Positions 1 through 9,773 are shown, counted from the first letter of the stretch. The stretch: 64,000 nt of DNA from Patescibacteria group bacterium (GCA_004297205.1 SCUL01000002.1:188594-252593); one strand, 5' to 3'. The notes: generated by a model from the sequence alone, not told the origin. A program made the numbers and translations.

Positions 1-115
1 AACGCACGCCCATACGCAGAGTCATCCCAATGGAGAGATGCCTGAGACTCCATAGGCGGACACGCAGGGCGAACAGCGGATTCATCTCGTAAGGACGGGG
101 TACGCTACTCCGGGC

Positions 116-1330
116 CTACTCGTACCGCAAGGCATCGATCGGATTGAGGCGGGAGGCGCGCCGCGCCGGAGAAATGCCGAAGACGAGGCCGGTACCCGCA
201 GCCACCACGAACGAGATGACCACGGCTTCCGGAGAGATCGCGAACTCCCAGCCGTCCTGGAACTGCGCGATCGCGACCGATGCCAGGAACGCGGCGCCGA
301 TGCCCAGCCCGATGCCGAGCAATCCGCCGACGCCGGTCAGGACCACCGCTTCGGACAGAAACTGCCGCTGGATGTCACGCCGCGTCGCACCCACGGCCAT
401 GCGCAAACCGATCTCGCGCGTCCGCTCGGTGACGGAGACCAGCATGATGTTCATGATCCCGATGCCGCCGACGACGAGCGAAATGCCGGCCACCGCCGTC
501 AGGAACAGGGTCAGCGCCAACGTCACGGACGAGACGATGGCCGCGGCCTCCTGCGCCGTGGTGATGTGGAAGTCGTCGTCGGCAGGATCCTCGATGCGGT
601 GGCGTTCCCGGATCTTGGCGGTGACGGCCTCCTTGAGCTGGTCCGCGGTGACGCCCGGCGCCGGCGTCAGCATCACGTACGTCAGGTAATCGACGCCGAA
701 CAACTTGTCGGCCGCGGTCTGCAGGAGCACGTAGACGTAGGTGTCGAGGTCCAGGAAGAACTGCGAACCGCGCGGCTCGGCCACGCCGACGACGCGGAAG
801 GCGCGGCGCCCGAGCCGGATTTCCTGGCCGAGCGCGTCGGCCGGAGCACCGAACAGTTCACCGGCGATCTTGCTGCCGAGCACGACCACCGAGGCGCCGG
901 CGTCTTCCGGCGCCAGGAAGACACCGGCTTGCATCTCGAAACTTTCTATCTCGCGCAGGGCGGGCGTGGTGCCGAAGACGGTGGCGTTGACCTGCTCGCC
1001 GCCGGCGTTGGCGACTTCCTCGATGAACAAGACCGGCGCCAGGGCTCCCGTTTCCGGCAACGCGGTCAGCGTCGCCGCGTCCGATTGCTTGAGCGCGGTG
1101 AATGACGCGAGCTGCGAGACACCTTCCGTTCCTCCCGGTTCCAAAAACAACGTATCCGGCCCGAAACTTTCCAGCTCGGAAAGGATGACGCTCTCCGCGC
1201 CCTTGCCGAGGGACAGCATGACGATGACCGCGGCCACGCCGATGATGATGCCGAGCGTGGTCAGCAGGGAGCGGCCCGGTTTCTGCCGCAGGCCGCGCAG
1301 CGCGTCGAGAAAGGCGTCGGTGGTGCGCAT
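116..1330 (-). CDS. ABC transporter permease, FtsX/MacB family
   Basis: ORF 116..1432; start trimmed to the ATG at 1330 (MRTTDAFLDAL...). N-terminal TM (LLTTLGIIIGVAAVIVMLSLG), a large extracytoplasmic domain and C-terminal FtsX-type TM bundle typical of MacB-like permeases. Confidence 0.8.
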   Translation of the reverse strand: MRTTDAFLDALRGLRQKPGRSLLTTLGIIIGVAAVIVMLSLGKGAESVILSELESFGPDTLFLEPGGTEGVSQLASFTALKQSDAATLTALPETGALAPVLFIEEVANAGGEQVNATVFGTTPALREIESFEMQAGVFLAPEDAGASVVVLGSKIAGELFGAPADALGQEIRLGRRAFRVVGVAEPRGSQFFLDLDTYVYVLLQTAADKLFGVDYLTYVMLTPAPGVTADQLKEAVTAKIRERHRIEDPADDDFHITTAQEAAAIVSSVTLALTLFLTAVAGISLVVGGIGIMNIMLVSVTERTREIGLRMAVGATRRDIQRQFLSEAVVLTGVGGLLGIGLGIGAAFLASVAIAQFQDGWEFAISPEAVVISFVVAAGTGLVFGISPARRASRLNPIDALRYE

Positions 1331-1331
1331 A

Positions 1332-2561
1332 TTATTCGAAGCGCAAGGCGACGATCGGATCGAGACGCGAGGCGCGCAACGCCGGATAGAAGCCAAAGGC
1401 CAGGCCCGCCGCCGCGGCCGTCCCGACGGCAAGCAGCACCGCGTCGAGCGGCACCGCGAACAACCAGCCGCTCTGGAAACGCTCGATGATCAACCCGGCC
1501 AGGAACGAGAAGAGCGCGCCGCCGGCCACCCCGATGATGCCCCCGCCGACGGTCAGCAATACGGCCTCGGCCAGAAATTGTCCGAGCACGTCGCGCCGTG
1601 CCGCGCCCACCGCCATGCGCAAACCGATCTCGCGCGTCCGCTCGGTGACGGAGACCAGCATGATGTTCATGATGCCGATACCGCCGACCAGGAGCGACAC
1701 GGATGCGATGGCCGTCAGGAACAAGGTCAGCACCGTGGCGATGCTGCCGAAGACGGCCGCCGCTTCCACCGAGCTGCCAACGCGGAAATCGTCCTTGGCG
1801 GTGTCGCCGGTGGGATTGGCGATGCCGTGCAGGTCGCGCATTTCGAGCCGCAGCTCCTCCTGCGCGGCAGGCACGGGAATGGCGGCCACGCCGGCGATGA
1901 AGTTCACGTAATCCGGCGCGGACAGCTCCTTGCGCATGGCCGTGATCGGAATGTAGATGCGCTCGTCGAGATTCTGGAAAAACTGGGTGCCCTGCGGCGC
2001 GACCACCCCGACCACCGTGAAACTCTTGCGGTTGAGGCGGATGCGCTCGCCGAGAGGATCGCGGTCGCCGAACAGGTCCGTGGCGATCTGCGTGCCGATC
2101 ACCGCGACGCTGCGCGCGGCGTCCAGGTCGTCGTCCGTGAAGAAGCCGCCTTCCGCCATGCGCAGGTTGTTGACGGCCGCGATGTCCGACGTGGTGCCGT
2201 TCAGGCTGACGGTCTTTTTTTCGCTGCCGAAGGTGGCGCTGACCTCGAGCAGCGACACCGGCGCGATCGCGGACAGCACGTCGGTGCGCCGGCGGATGGC
2301 CTGCCAGTCGCGGTACTTGATGGTGGTGAGCGCGCCGGGACGCGGCGGACCGGATTCGCCGCCGCCGGGCTGGATGAAAATGGTATTCGGACCGAAGCTC
2401 GACACCTGTCCCAGGATGAGACCTTCGGCGCCCTTGCCGAGGGACAGCATGACGATCACCGAACCGATGCCGATGACGATGCCGAGCGCGGCCAGCAGCG
2501 AGCGGAAGAGGTTCTGCCGCAACCCGACCGCCGCGGTGCGGACCACGTCGGTGAATCGCAT
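1332..2561 (-). CDS. ABC transporter permease, FtsX/MacB family (second paralogue)
   Basis: ORF 1332..2687; start trimmed to the ATG at 2561 (MRFTDVVRTAAVGLRQNLFRSLLAALGIVIG...). Paralogous to the upstream permease (shared ...GIMNIMLVSVTERTREIGLRMAVGA... block). Confidence 0.8.
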   Translation of the reverse strand: MRFTDVVRTAAVGLRQNLFRSLLAALGIVIGIGSVIVMLSLGKGAEGLILGQVSSFGPNTIFIQPGGGESGPPRPGALTTIKYRDWQAIRRRTDVLSAIAPVSLLEVSATFGSEKKTVSLNGTTSDIAAVNNLRMAEGGFFTDDDLDAARSVAVIGTQIATDLFGDRDPLGERIRLNRKSFTVVGVVAPQGTQFFQNLDERIYIPITAMRKELSAPDYVNFIAGVAAIPVPAAQEELRLEMRDLHGIANPTGDTAKDDFRVGSSVEAAAVFGSIATVLTLFLTAIASVSLLVGGIGIMNIMLVSVTERTREIGLRMAVGAARRDVLGQFLAEAVLLTVGGGIIGVAGGALFSFLAGLIIERFQSGWLFAVPLDAVLLAVGTAAAAGLAFGFYPALRASRLDPIVALRFE

Positions 2562-2562
2562 A

Positions 2563-3288
2563 TCATTTGCCGAGCTCGCCGTTGTCGTCGGCGGCCCGGC
2601 GGCGGTTCGTGACCTTCTCGTCGGACAAAATCTGGCCGTCGCGGATGCGGATGATGCGTTCGGCGTGTTCGGCCGTGGCCGTCTCATGCGTCACGACGAT
2701 GATGGTGCGCCCGGCGCGGTGCAGCTCGTCCAAGAGCGCCATCACTTGCGCGCCGGATTTGGAGTCGAGGTTGCCGGTCGGCTCGTCCGCGAAAAGCACC
2801 TGGGGGTCGGCGACGAACGCGCGGGCGATGGCCACGCGCTGCTTCTCGCCGCCGGACAGCTTCACCGCCGGATAATCGCGCCGGTGCGACAGGCCGACGG
2901 CCTCGACCGCGGCGACGGCCTTGGTGTGCCGTTCGGTCGCGGACAGGCTGTCGTAGCCGAGCGGCAACATGACGTTCTCGAGCACCGTCATCTTCGGCAG
3001 CAGGAAGAACGCCTGGAAGACGAAGCCGACCTGGGTGCGGCGCATGTGCGCCAGCTCCGCGTCGGACAAGCGGCTGACGTCGATGCCGTTGAAGTGGTAG
3101 GAACCGTCGGTCAGCGTGTCCAGGAAGCCCAGGATGTGCATGAGCGTCGACTTCCCGGAGCCGGACGGACCCATGATGGCCACGAACTCCCCTTTCTCGA
3201 TGACCAGATCGACGCCCTTCAAGACCGGCGTCAGCTGGTCGCCGGACACGTAGTCTTTCCGCAGGTCGTGGATGTCGATGAGACTCAT
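2563..3288 (-). CDS. ABC transporter ATP-binding protein (MacB/LolD-like)
   Basis: Walker A GPSGSGKST, ABC signature LSGGEKQRVAIARA, Walker B VLFADEPTGNLD, H-loop VTHE. 4-bp overlap with the HlyD-family gene upstream. Confidence 0.9.
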   Translation of the reverse strand: MSLIDIHDLRKDYVSGDQLTPVLKGVDLVIEKGEFVAIMGPSGSGKSTLMHILGFLDTLTDGSYHFNGIDVSRLSDAELAHMRRTQVGFVFQAFFLLPKMTVLENVMLPLGYDSLSATERHTKAVAAVEAVGLSHRRDYPAVKLSGGEKQRVAIARAFVADPQVLFADEPTGNLDSKSGAQVMALLDELHRAGRTIIVVTHETATAEHAERIIRIRDGQILSDEKVTNRRRAADDNGELGK

Positions 3289-5300
3289 GTCGCGGGCCGG
3301 ATGCTGACGACGATCGTTTCGCCTTCCAGCAGCCCGGCCACGATTTCGACCGTGCCCTGGTCGCCGCGCTCGCCGAGGGTGACGGCGCGCTCTTCGATCG
3401 TGTTGTCCGCCTTGAGCACGCGGACCACGCGCGCGCCCGCGACTTCGCGCACGGCGCGGAACGGGACGATCAGCGCGTTCTCACGGCGCGTGCCGGAGAG
3501 CACCACCGTCGCGGTCATGCCCGGCTTCACGTCCGGCGAACTCTCGGACAAGGCGATGCGCACTTTGTAATAGACGACGTCCTGGATGACCGTCTCGGCC
3601 GGATTCACGGAGATCACGTTTCCCGTGAACGGGCGGTCCGGCCCCAGCGCGTCAAACGTCGCGACCAGCTCCTGGCCGACACGGACGTGGATGATGTCGT
3701 TCTCGGAAATGTCGGCTTCGATTTCGGCGTTGATGCCGAGCATGGTCACGGCCGACGTGGACTGCACGGAGCCGGAGGCGGAAATGCGCGGCACGGCGTC
3801 CTCGCCGGTCGAAACGGCCACGTCGGTGACGATGCCGTCGGCCGGCGCGATGATGCGGGCCTTGCGCAAGCCTTCTTCGGCGATGGCCAGCGAGGCGCGC
3901 GCTTCTTCCACGGACGCCTCGAGCGGGGCGCGGTCCACGGCGCGCAGGCCGGCCTTCTTCAGGTCGAGCGCGGCCACGGCGCCGTCGCGCGCGGCCGACA
4001 TCACGGCCACGGCGGCGCGCTGGGACAGCACCTGCGTCTCGGCGTCGAGCTTGGCGGTTTCCAAGTCGAACTTGGCCTGGGTCAAGTCGATCTCGGCGTC
4101 CTCCACGGCCGCCGCGTCGGTGTTCACGGCGTTGGCGTTCTCGATCTTGGTCGAAGCGATGGTGCTGCGGTCGGCCAAGACCGTGCCGTAGTCGGTGGCC
4201 ACGGTGGTGCGGTCCGTCGTCAGGGTCGTCTTCTTGGTGTTGAGCTCGGACAGCGTGAGCTGGGACGACGGCGCGGTGGCGTCGAGCACGGCGCGGGTCT
4301 TGGACAGCGCGTCGAAGACCGCTTCGCTGGCCGCGAGCACCGGTGCAAAGGCCGCATCGATGACCGGCTGTCCGGCCGAGCCGAACCCCTGCACGGCGCG
4401 TTCGGCCGCCGCCTGTTTTTCCTTGGCGGTGCGGTAGGCGCCCTTGGCCGTCTCGATGCTGGCCGGGTTCTGCGACCCCAGGATGGATTCAAAGGCGTCA
4501 TTGGCGGACGTGCTGTCGATGCCGAGCAGGAGGTCCATGTCGTTCATGGACGTGGAGAAGCTGACCACCGCCTTGAGGAGGTCGGCGCGCGCCGTGTCGT
4601 AGCGTTTGGCAAGCGTCTCCGCGGCCAGCCGGGCGTGGTCGTCGCGCTCGCGCTTGGCCTGGACGAGCGCCGTATCCTTGGACCGGACGTCGAGCTCGGC
4701 GTTGTTCACGTCGAGCGCGGAAGTGCGTTCCGTATTGGCGAGCGTGGTGCGCGCTTCGGACAGATTGGCGTCGGCTTTGGCGACTTCGGCTTCGCTGACG
4801 CGGATCGCTTCGGGCGACTCCCCGGCCGCCTTCTGGTTGAGGGTGGCGACGGCCACGGCCAGCTGGGCGCGGGCGCGGCGCACTTCGATGTCGATGTCGG
4901 TGACGTCGAGCTCGGCCAGAACCTGTCCGGTCGTCACGGCGTCCCCGACTTTGACGAAGACGTCTTTGACGCGGCCGGAGGTGTCGAAGTCGAGCGAAAA
5001 CTCGGACGCGGCTTTGACCGCGCCGGTGGCTTCCACGGTGCGCTCCAGCGTGCCGCGGCGGACCACGGCGGTTTCGTAGGTGTCCTTCGCGGCCGGACGA
5101 CGGCTCCAGGCGAAGGCGCCGGCGGCGGCGAGCGCAATCGCGCCGACGACAACCGCCGCCGTGATCAGCTGGCGTTTCGTGAAACGGCGCTTGGATTTGC
5201 GGGGAACGACGTGGGTGTGCCCGGCGGGTGCGTGGGGATCCATAGGAGCGCCCATCGTAGGCCGCTTGTGCCCCGGGGTCAATCCATTATTGCCGTTCAT
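3285..5300 (-). CDS. HlyD/MacA-family periplasmic adaptor (membrane fusion protein) with extended coiled-coil
   Basis: N-terminal TM (LITAAVVVGAIALAAAGAFAW), a very long Ala/Glu-rich coiled-coil region, and a C-terminal beta-barrel/lipoyl-like region (IIAPADGIVTDV ... PGMTATVVL). The start is ambiguous (ATGs at 5300, 5255 and 5243; none has a clear SD). Confidence 0.7.
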   Translation of the reverse strand: MNGNNGLTPGHKRPTMGAPMDPHAPAGHTHVVPRKSKRRFTKRQLITAAVVVGAIALAAAGAFAWSRRPAAKDTYETAVVRRGTLERTVEATGAVKAASEFSLDFDTSGRVKDVFVKVGDAVTTGQVLAELDVTDIDIEVRRARAQLAVAVATLNQKAAGESPEAIRVSEAEVAKADANLSEARTTLANTERTSALDVNNAELDVRSKDTALVQAKRERDDHARLAAETLAKRYDTARADLLKAVVSFSTSMNDMDLLLGIDSTSANDAFESILGSQNPASIETAKGAYRTAKEKQAAAERAVQGFGSAGQPVIDAAFAPVLAASEAVFDALSKTRAVLDATAPSSQLTLSELNTKKTTLTTDRTTVATDYGTVLADRSTIASTKIENANAVNTDAAAVEDAEIDLTQAKFDLETAKLDAETQVLSQRAAVAVMSAARDGAVAALDLKKAGLRAVDRAPLEASVEEARASLAIAEEGLRKARIIAPADGIVTDVAVSTGEDAVPRISASGSVQSTSAVTMLGINAEIEADISENDIIHVRVGQELVATFDALGPDRPFTGNVISVNPAETVIQDVVYYKVRIALSESSPDVKPGMTATVVLSGTRRENALIVPFRAVREVAGARVVRVLKADNTIEERAVTLGERGDQGTVEIVAGLLEGETIVVSIRPAT

Positions 5301-5826
5301 AGACGTAGACGTGGTCGCGCACCGCGAGCGGTTTCCACGTCGGCAGCGGGAAGGCGTTGACGACGACCCGGCCGCCCGGTTTGAGTTCGCGCTCCAGTTT
5401 TTTCTCCACCTTGGCCATCAGCGACGGCAGGAGATAGCAAAAAATCACGTCGTAGTCGCCGAGCGCGGCGCGCTGGAACGGCCGGGTGCGGAAACCGACG
5501 CGCCGGCCGAGGCCCGCCTTCCACGCCATGACCCGGGCGCGCAACGTCAAAAACGGATTCACTTCGTAGCCCACGGCGTCAGCACCGAGCGCGGCGGCGG
5601 AGATGACCAGCCGTCCGTCGCCGGAGCCGAGGTCGGCCACTTTCTCTCCCGGCTGGATGCGGGACATGCGCAGCATCATGCGGACGCGTTCGTCCGTCGA
5701 CGGCACGTACGGCGCGCCCGCGACAATCGACACCAGGTGGGTTCCCAGGTGCCAGGTGGCGATAAGCAGCAGCGCCGCCAGAAGCAGCTCGGCGATCACG
5801 AGCATAACCGTCCGCAAGTGTACCAC
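5287..5826 (-). CDS. class I SAM-dependent methyltransferase, membrane-anchored
   Basis: N-terminal TM helix followed by the SAM motif I VADLGSGDGRLV, an acidic motif II and VVVNAF. Confidence 0.7.
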   Translation of the reverse strand: MVHLRTVMLVIAELLLAALLLIATWHLGTHLVSIVAGAPYVPSTDERVRMMLRMSRIQPGEKVADLGSGDGRLVISAAALGADAVGYEVNPFLTLRARVMAWKAGLGRRVGFRTRPFQRAALGDYDVIFCYLLPSLMAKVEKKLERELKPGGRVVVNAFPLPTWKPLAVRDHVYVYERQ

Positions 5827-5886
5827 GCGCCGCTCCCCCCGCGAACGTCAGCCAAAAGAAAAAGCGGCAGCCGACGGACGGTGCCG

Positions 5887-6942
5887 CTACGCGAAGAGGT
5901 CGCGCTCCCCCGGTTCGATGCCGACGACCGAGGGGTGGATGCCGAGCTTGTCGATCTCCTTGAAGAACGTCGCGGGCGGGACCTTCCCGGTCCGGTATCG
6001 CTCCGCATGATACAGCGCATGCAGGCGCGGCCATTGGCTGAGCAGCTCACGGAGTTCGTCTTCCGTACTGCCGACGTCCTGGGGACGGAAGCCGCTCTTC
6101 CGCAATTCCGCGATGATGTCACGCGGGGGCGAGTGCTGAGCTTCCCCCTTCCGCAGACTGAGGATGAAGTCGGTGAAATACTGCGGCGACGGCCGCCAAT
6201 GCCGGGAGGCCTCGCCCTTCCGTTCGACCTCCTCGAGCTCTCCGGGCTCGAGCCCGAGATCCGCGTCGCTCAGGCCGAACCGCTGCTTGCATCCCAGGTA
6301 GTACCGCGTGCCGAAACTCAGGGAATCCCCCCGCTTCGCGTCTGCGATCTCCTGCCGCAGATACGGCAACGCCGTCTCCCGCAGGAACGATCGGTAGTCC
6401 TGTTCCGTCCCAAAGCCGAAGTCCTGCACCGACTGGCCTGATCTCTGCATGAAACCATCGAGTTCATACAGGACCACGAATTGCCTGCCGTTGATGCCGC
6501 CGCGCGCGACCGCGGCACGGACCGTGGCGATGGTCTTACGGGCACGCGCCGCGCACCCCTGACGCTGCAACGCCTCCAGCTCCTGGAGCGTGGTGCCAAT
6601 CAGGTGCGGCGGGATGCCGTATCTGCGCATGGCCGCACGCAGCGGCCTGATGGTCCCGGTCACATCCCCGCGTTGGGCCGCGGTACGCACCCGGATGACC
6701 TGCCTGCGCAGCGGGCGAAGGAACGCCTGCATGGCGATGGCATGGAGATCGATGTCATCCCTCAGCGTCAGGACTCCCACCGCGGCCAACCGCCAGATGA
6801 TCCCGGTCATCTCGTGGATCGTCTGCAGCGTGAACTTCGGCACCACGCGTCCGTTCGGTTCGAGGAGGTGCTGGAAGGCGCCCTCCACCTCGTGATCCGA
6901 GAGCGCTTGCCGCGCCTGCTCCGTATGTGTTTTCTTCGCCAT
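5887..6942 (-). CDS. hypothetical protein (351 aa)
   Basis: ORF 5887..7209 trimmed to the ATG at 6942 (MAKKTHTEQ...), which is preceded by a strong SD (GGAGGTGATC-ATG). The longer ORF would run through the tRNA-Glu. No recognisable domain. Confidence 0.6.
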   Translation of the reverse strand: MAKKTHTEQARQALSDHEVEGAFQHLLEPNGRVVPKFTLQTIHEMTGIIWRLAAVGVLTLRDDIDLHAIAMQAFLRPLRRQVIRVRTAAQRGDVTGTIRPLRAAMRRYGIPPHLIGTTLQELEALQRQGCAARARKTIATVRAAVARGGINGRQFVVLYELDGFMQRSGQSVQDFGFGTEQDYRSFLRETALPYLRQEIADAKRGDSLSFGTRYYLGCKQRFGLSDADLGLEPGELEEVERKGEASRHWRPSPQYFTDFILSLRKGEAQHSPPRDIIAELRKSGFRPQDVGSTEDELRELLSQWPRLHALYHAERYRTGKVPPATFFKEIDKLGIHPSVVGIEPGERDLFA

Positions 6943-7028
6943 GATCACCTCCTTTTTGGGACATGGCGATGCAGCTCTACCACTTTTTCGGCTTTTCGTC
7001 AACCTCATGCCCGTTCGATTCCCCAACG

Positions 7029-7070
7029 CCAATACGAAAGACGCCGCCACCACAATGGTGACGGCGTCTT
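7029..7070 (-). terminator. hairpin terminator downstream of tRNA-Glu
   Basis: 9-bp stem AAGACGCCG/CGGCGTCTT with an inner CACCA/TGGTG stem, followed on the minus strand by a U-rich tract (CUUUCGUAUU). Confidence 0.4.
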
Positions 7071-7145
7071 TGGTAGCCCCAAGGGGAATCGAACCCCTCT
7101 TTCTTGGATGAGAACCAAGTGTCCTAGCCGATAGACGATGGGGCC
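7071..7145 (-). tRNA. tRNA-Glu (anticodon CUC)
   Basis: The reverse complement reads GGCCCCATCGTCTATCGGCTAGGACACTTGGTTCTCATCCAAGAAAGAGGGGTTCGATTCCCCTTGGGGCTACCA. It folds as a cloverleaf: acceptor GGCCCCA/TGGGGCT, anticodon loop TTCTCAT, T-loop TTCGATT, and an encoded CCA. Its architecture resembles typical bacterial tRNA-Glu. A -35/-10-like TTGTCA-17-TATCTT sits upstream. Confidence 0.75.
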
Positions 7146-7241
7146 GCGGAATGCGCGGGAAAGATAGCAACAGAGGCCGCTCTTGACAAGGACCGAGGAC
7201 GCTTCCCAAGGCGTGTTCCTTCCGGAAATAACCCTGACGTT

Positions 7242-7880
7242 CTATTCAATCACTCGATCGGTGAACACCACCAACCGCTTGGCATATTGTTTGGCACGTT
7301 TATCCCAGGCCCCGATGCAAGTAATCAGGTTGAGGTGCGCTTTTTTGTCATCTGACGTGAAGACCTCGGTCGCGTCCGCCGCAGCGTCGAGAATGCGGAG
7401 TTCACGAACCACGAAGGAAATGACCGCTCCTGTATCATCCTGGACGGTGACGGTATCGCCCGGCATGAGTTTGTGCAGGTTGGCAAACGCCCCGGTCTCG
7501 CCGCCCCACCAGTTGACGTGTCCTGCGATGGCCGCGCTCCCCCTTTCGCCTGGATGAGGGCCCAACTCATACCAGGCGGTGTTGAGAGGATCCTTGGGCA
7601 CATCCATTGATCCATCCGCCGCCACAGCGACCTTCTCGACCGCCGCGTCGACGGCAATGCTGGGAATCATGATGCGCTCGGGCAGACCGATGTTTTCCAC
7701 GGCAGCCGCAGCAATGATCGGGACAGGTTCAACGGCGGCGGGAGCGGCGGTGCTTTGGACGGGCGATGCATCAAACCCGAGGACGTACCAGCTTGGAACG
7801 CCGAATACCGCGATTGCGGCGACGGATATCCCAAGCGTCTTGATGTGCCGTCGATGGGCTGCTTTTTTCTTCTTGCGCAT
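7242..7880 (-). CDS. sortase family transpeptidase
   Basis: ORF 7242..8024 trimmed to the ATG at 7880 (MRKKKKAAHRR...). It has a signal anchor, the catalytic His (AIAGHVNWW), the TLITC active-site Cys motif (NLITCIGAW) and a conserved Arg (RLVVFTD). Confidence 0.8.
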   Translation of the reverse strand: MRKKKKAAHRRHIKTLGISVAAIAVFGVPSWYVLGFDASPVQSTAAPAAVEPVPIIAAAAVENIGLPERIMIPSIAVDAAVEKVAVAADGSMDVPKDPLNTAWYELGPHPGERGSAAIAGHVNWWGGETGAFANLHKLMPGDTVTVQDDTGAVISFVVRELRILDAAADATEVFTSDDKKAHLNLITCIGAWDKRAKQYAKRLVVFTDRVIE

Positions 7881-7948
7881 ACACCCCGTAACAGAAGAGC
7901 CGGACGACAGGCGTGCGGCTCTTCGTTGCGAATGCTTCTGAGGATCAA

Positions 7949-9727
7949 CTACTCGGTCTGCTTCTTCCGCAGTCCGTAGAGGATGAGCGAAGCGCCGCAG
8001 ATGCCGAGCGCGGCGGCCAGCCACACGAGGGCGCTGCCTGCCGGAGCGGCGCCCGTGACGGGCAAGGCCGGAACGGCCGCGGCCACGACGACGGTGGCCA
8101 GCGCGAAGTCTCTGGCGATCATGCCATTGGCATCACCGGCCGCGGTGGCGGTGTTGATCGTTGTACTCGTCAGGTTCGTCCGGCAGGTGTAGATCCAGGA
8201 CTCCGAAGGATCCAGCAGCGAATTGCCGTTGGTGTCGCCGGAAGTGAAGGACACCGGGCCGCACTTATCATCCGCGACGCGGACGTTTCGAAGCGGCACC
8301 GTTCCCGGATTCGTGACGGTTTTGGTATAGGTCACCATGCCCCCGGCTGCATTCAGCGTCAGCGGACTCGGCACTTTCGTGATGTGGATGAGTGGCGGCA
8401 CGAGCGGCGCGCCGACTACGACCGTGGCGCTGGCAATGTCGGTGGCGCTGACGCCGTTGGCCCAGCCGGTGGCCACGACGGTGTTGGTGTGCGTTGCCGT
8501 GAGGTTCGTGGTGCAGGTGTGCACCCATACCTCGTCTGTCTCCAGAACGGCGTTGCCGTTGGTGTCGCCGGATTGCAGGACGATCGGACTGCAGGTATCG
8601 CCGACCAAGGTGACGTTGGTCATCGGCACCACGCCGATGTTGCGGACCGTGTAGGTGTACGTCACGGGTCCGGGTCCGGCCGGCAGAGCCAAGGGACTGG
8701 GGACTTTGATCACGTCGATGATCGGCGGGATGACCGGCACTGCGGCCGCGCCGATGTCGTTATTGGTGATGATGCAGAACTTATGGTCACCCGGAAGGAG
8801 GAAAGCGTTGCCGTTGACGTCGCAATCGCCGGAGAAGGTGCGGGTGTAGTTGGGATTGGAAGTTTCCGTCACCACGTAGGGCATGCCCGTCAGCGGAAAC
8901 GTGTAGGTCACGCCGGAGTCGACCGGCGTTCCGTTCACGAACAACGGGAAGTCGGCGACGATGTTGGTACGACCATTGTCGTTGATGACCGTTTTGACGA
9001 CGTTGAGCGTTGCTCCCTCGGTTGTCCCTGAGGGGGCAGCAGGAGGAGCCGCCGCCGCGCACACCGGTTCAGTTATTTGGTTGGCGATCAACGTCACTTG
9101 CGTTTTAGCCAGGGCCCGACCTTTCAAGCTTGCACCTGATCCGAGCGAGATAAGCCCTGTCTGCGTAATGATCGTTCCTTCAATCACCGAACCGGCACCA
9201 ATCGTCATGGAGGTCGGGATCTGCCAAAAAACGTTGCACGCAGTGGCTCCATTGATCAAATTCACCACTGCCGCGCCAGAGGTTGAGATGCTCGACGAGC
9301 TTCGGAAGATATAGACACCAGCTCCATCGAGCGTGAGGGTGCCGTTCAGCGCCGTGGCTCCCACGGTATACACGCCTGGCGTGACATTGCCGCCCCCGTC
9401 CAGGTCAAGGGCTCCGGTAGCCCCCTGAGCCGCTAATGCGTCGTACGCCGCGGAGGCGGCAGCGGCAACTCCGGCTCCGACATCTATCACTCCATCCACC
9501 TGCGTCGCATCATCAAGGTTCGTGGCGCCCAAGCCATTGTGACCGACGTTTCCCCAGACGTGAGTCGTCGCGGAAAGATCGTTCGTCACCCCCGCGTCAC
9601 CATACACCGAATAGGTGGCAGCTGCTCCAAGATCTGGCGCCGTTGCCGCGGACACGCTGATCGGCCCAGCCAGACCAAGCACCAAGGAAAGCGCCGCCAC
9701 GCTCCCCGCAATCCGTTTCAATCTCCT
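7949..9727 (-). CDS. LPXTG-anchored surface protein with ice-binding-like (DUF3494-type) domain, prealbumin-like domain and two DUF11-type repeats
   Basis: ORF 7949..10069 trimmed to the ATG at about 9727 (MRRLKRIAGSVAALSLVLGLAGPISVSA, a signal peptide). The N-terminal domain is rich in TxT/Gly beta-solenoid motifs (ATYSVYGDAG..LNGTLTLDGAGVYIF..). There are two tandem repeats VTYTxTVxNxG..P..NV...D..C.PV...SGDTNGN..L...E.W.YTC. The C-terminus is LPVTG plus a hydrophobic stretch plus RKKQTE, a sortase sorting signal. Confidence 0.8.
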   Translation of the reverse strand, partial: RRLKRIAGSVAALSLVLGLAGPISVSAATAPDLGAAATYSVYGDAGVTNDLSATTHVWGNVGHNGLGATNLDDATQVDGVIDVGAGVAAAASAAYDALAAQGATGALDLDGGGNVTPGVYTVGATALNGTLTLDGAGVYIFRSSSSISTSGAAVVNLINGATACNVFWQIPTSMTIGAGSVIEGTIITQTGLISLGSGASLKGRALAKTQVTLIANQITEPVCAAAAPPAAPSGTTEGATLNVVKTVINDNGRTNIVADFPLFVNGTPVDSGVTYTFPLTGMPYVVTETSNPNYTRTFSGDCDVNGNAFLLPGDHKFCIITNNDIGAAAVPVIPPIIDVIKVPSPLALPAGPGPVTYTYTVRNIGVVPMTNVTLVGDTCSPIVLQSGDTNGNAVLETDEVWVHTCTTNLTATHTNTVVATGWANGVSATDIASATVVVGAPLVPPLIHITKVPSPLTLNAAGGMVTYTKTVTNPGTVPLRNVRVADDKCGPVSFTSGDTNGNSLLDPSESWIYTCRTNLTSTTINTATAAGDANGMIARDFALATVVVAAAVPALPVTGAAPAGSALVWLAAALGICGASLILYGLRKKQTE

Positions 9728-9751
9728 CATATTTTTTTGTAAAATGTGCGT

Positions 9752-9773
9752 TTTTTCTGAACATGCGTGTTCA
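9752..9773. promoter_or_regulatory. 22-bp perfect palindrome (TTCTGAACA-TGCG-TGTTCAGAA) in the 5' region of the LPXTG-protein gene; putative operator
   Basis: A 9-bp inverted repeat with a 4-bp spacer, about 25-45 bp upstream of the start codon, in an AT-rich intergenic region. There is no U-tract, so it is not a terminator. Confidence 0.35.

Noticed and set aside
741-2612. 623-aa plus-strand ORF overlapping the two permease genes
   Set aside because: It lies antisense to well-supported ABC permease genes, in high-GC DNA where long shadow ORFs are expected. Its translation is low-complexity (Ala/Arg/Gly-rich) with no domain.
3687-5360. 557-aa plus-strand ORF antisense to the HlyD-family gene
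   Set aside because: A shadow ORF with a Gly/Arg/Val-rich low-complexity translation; the minus-strand product has clear adaptor-protein features.
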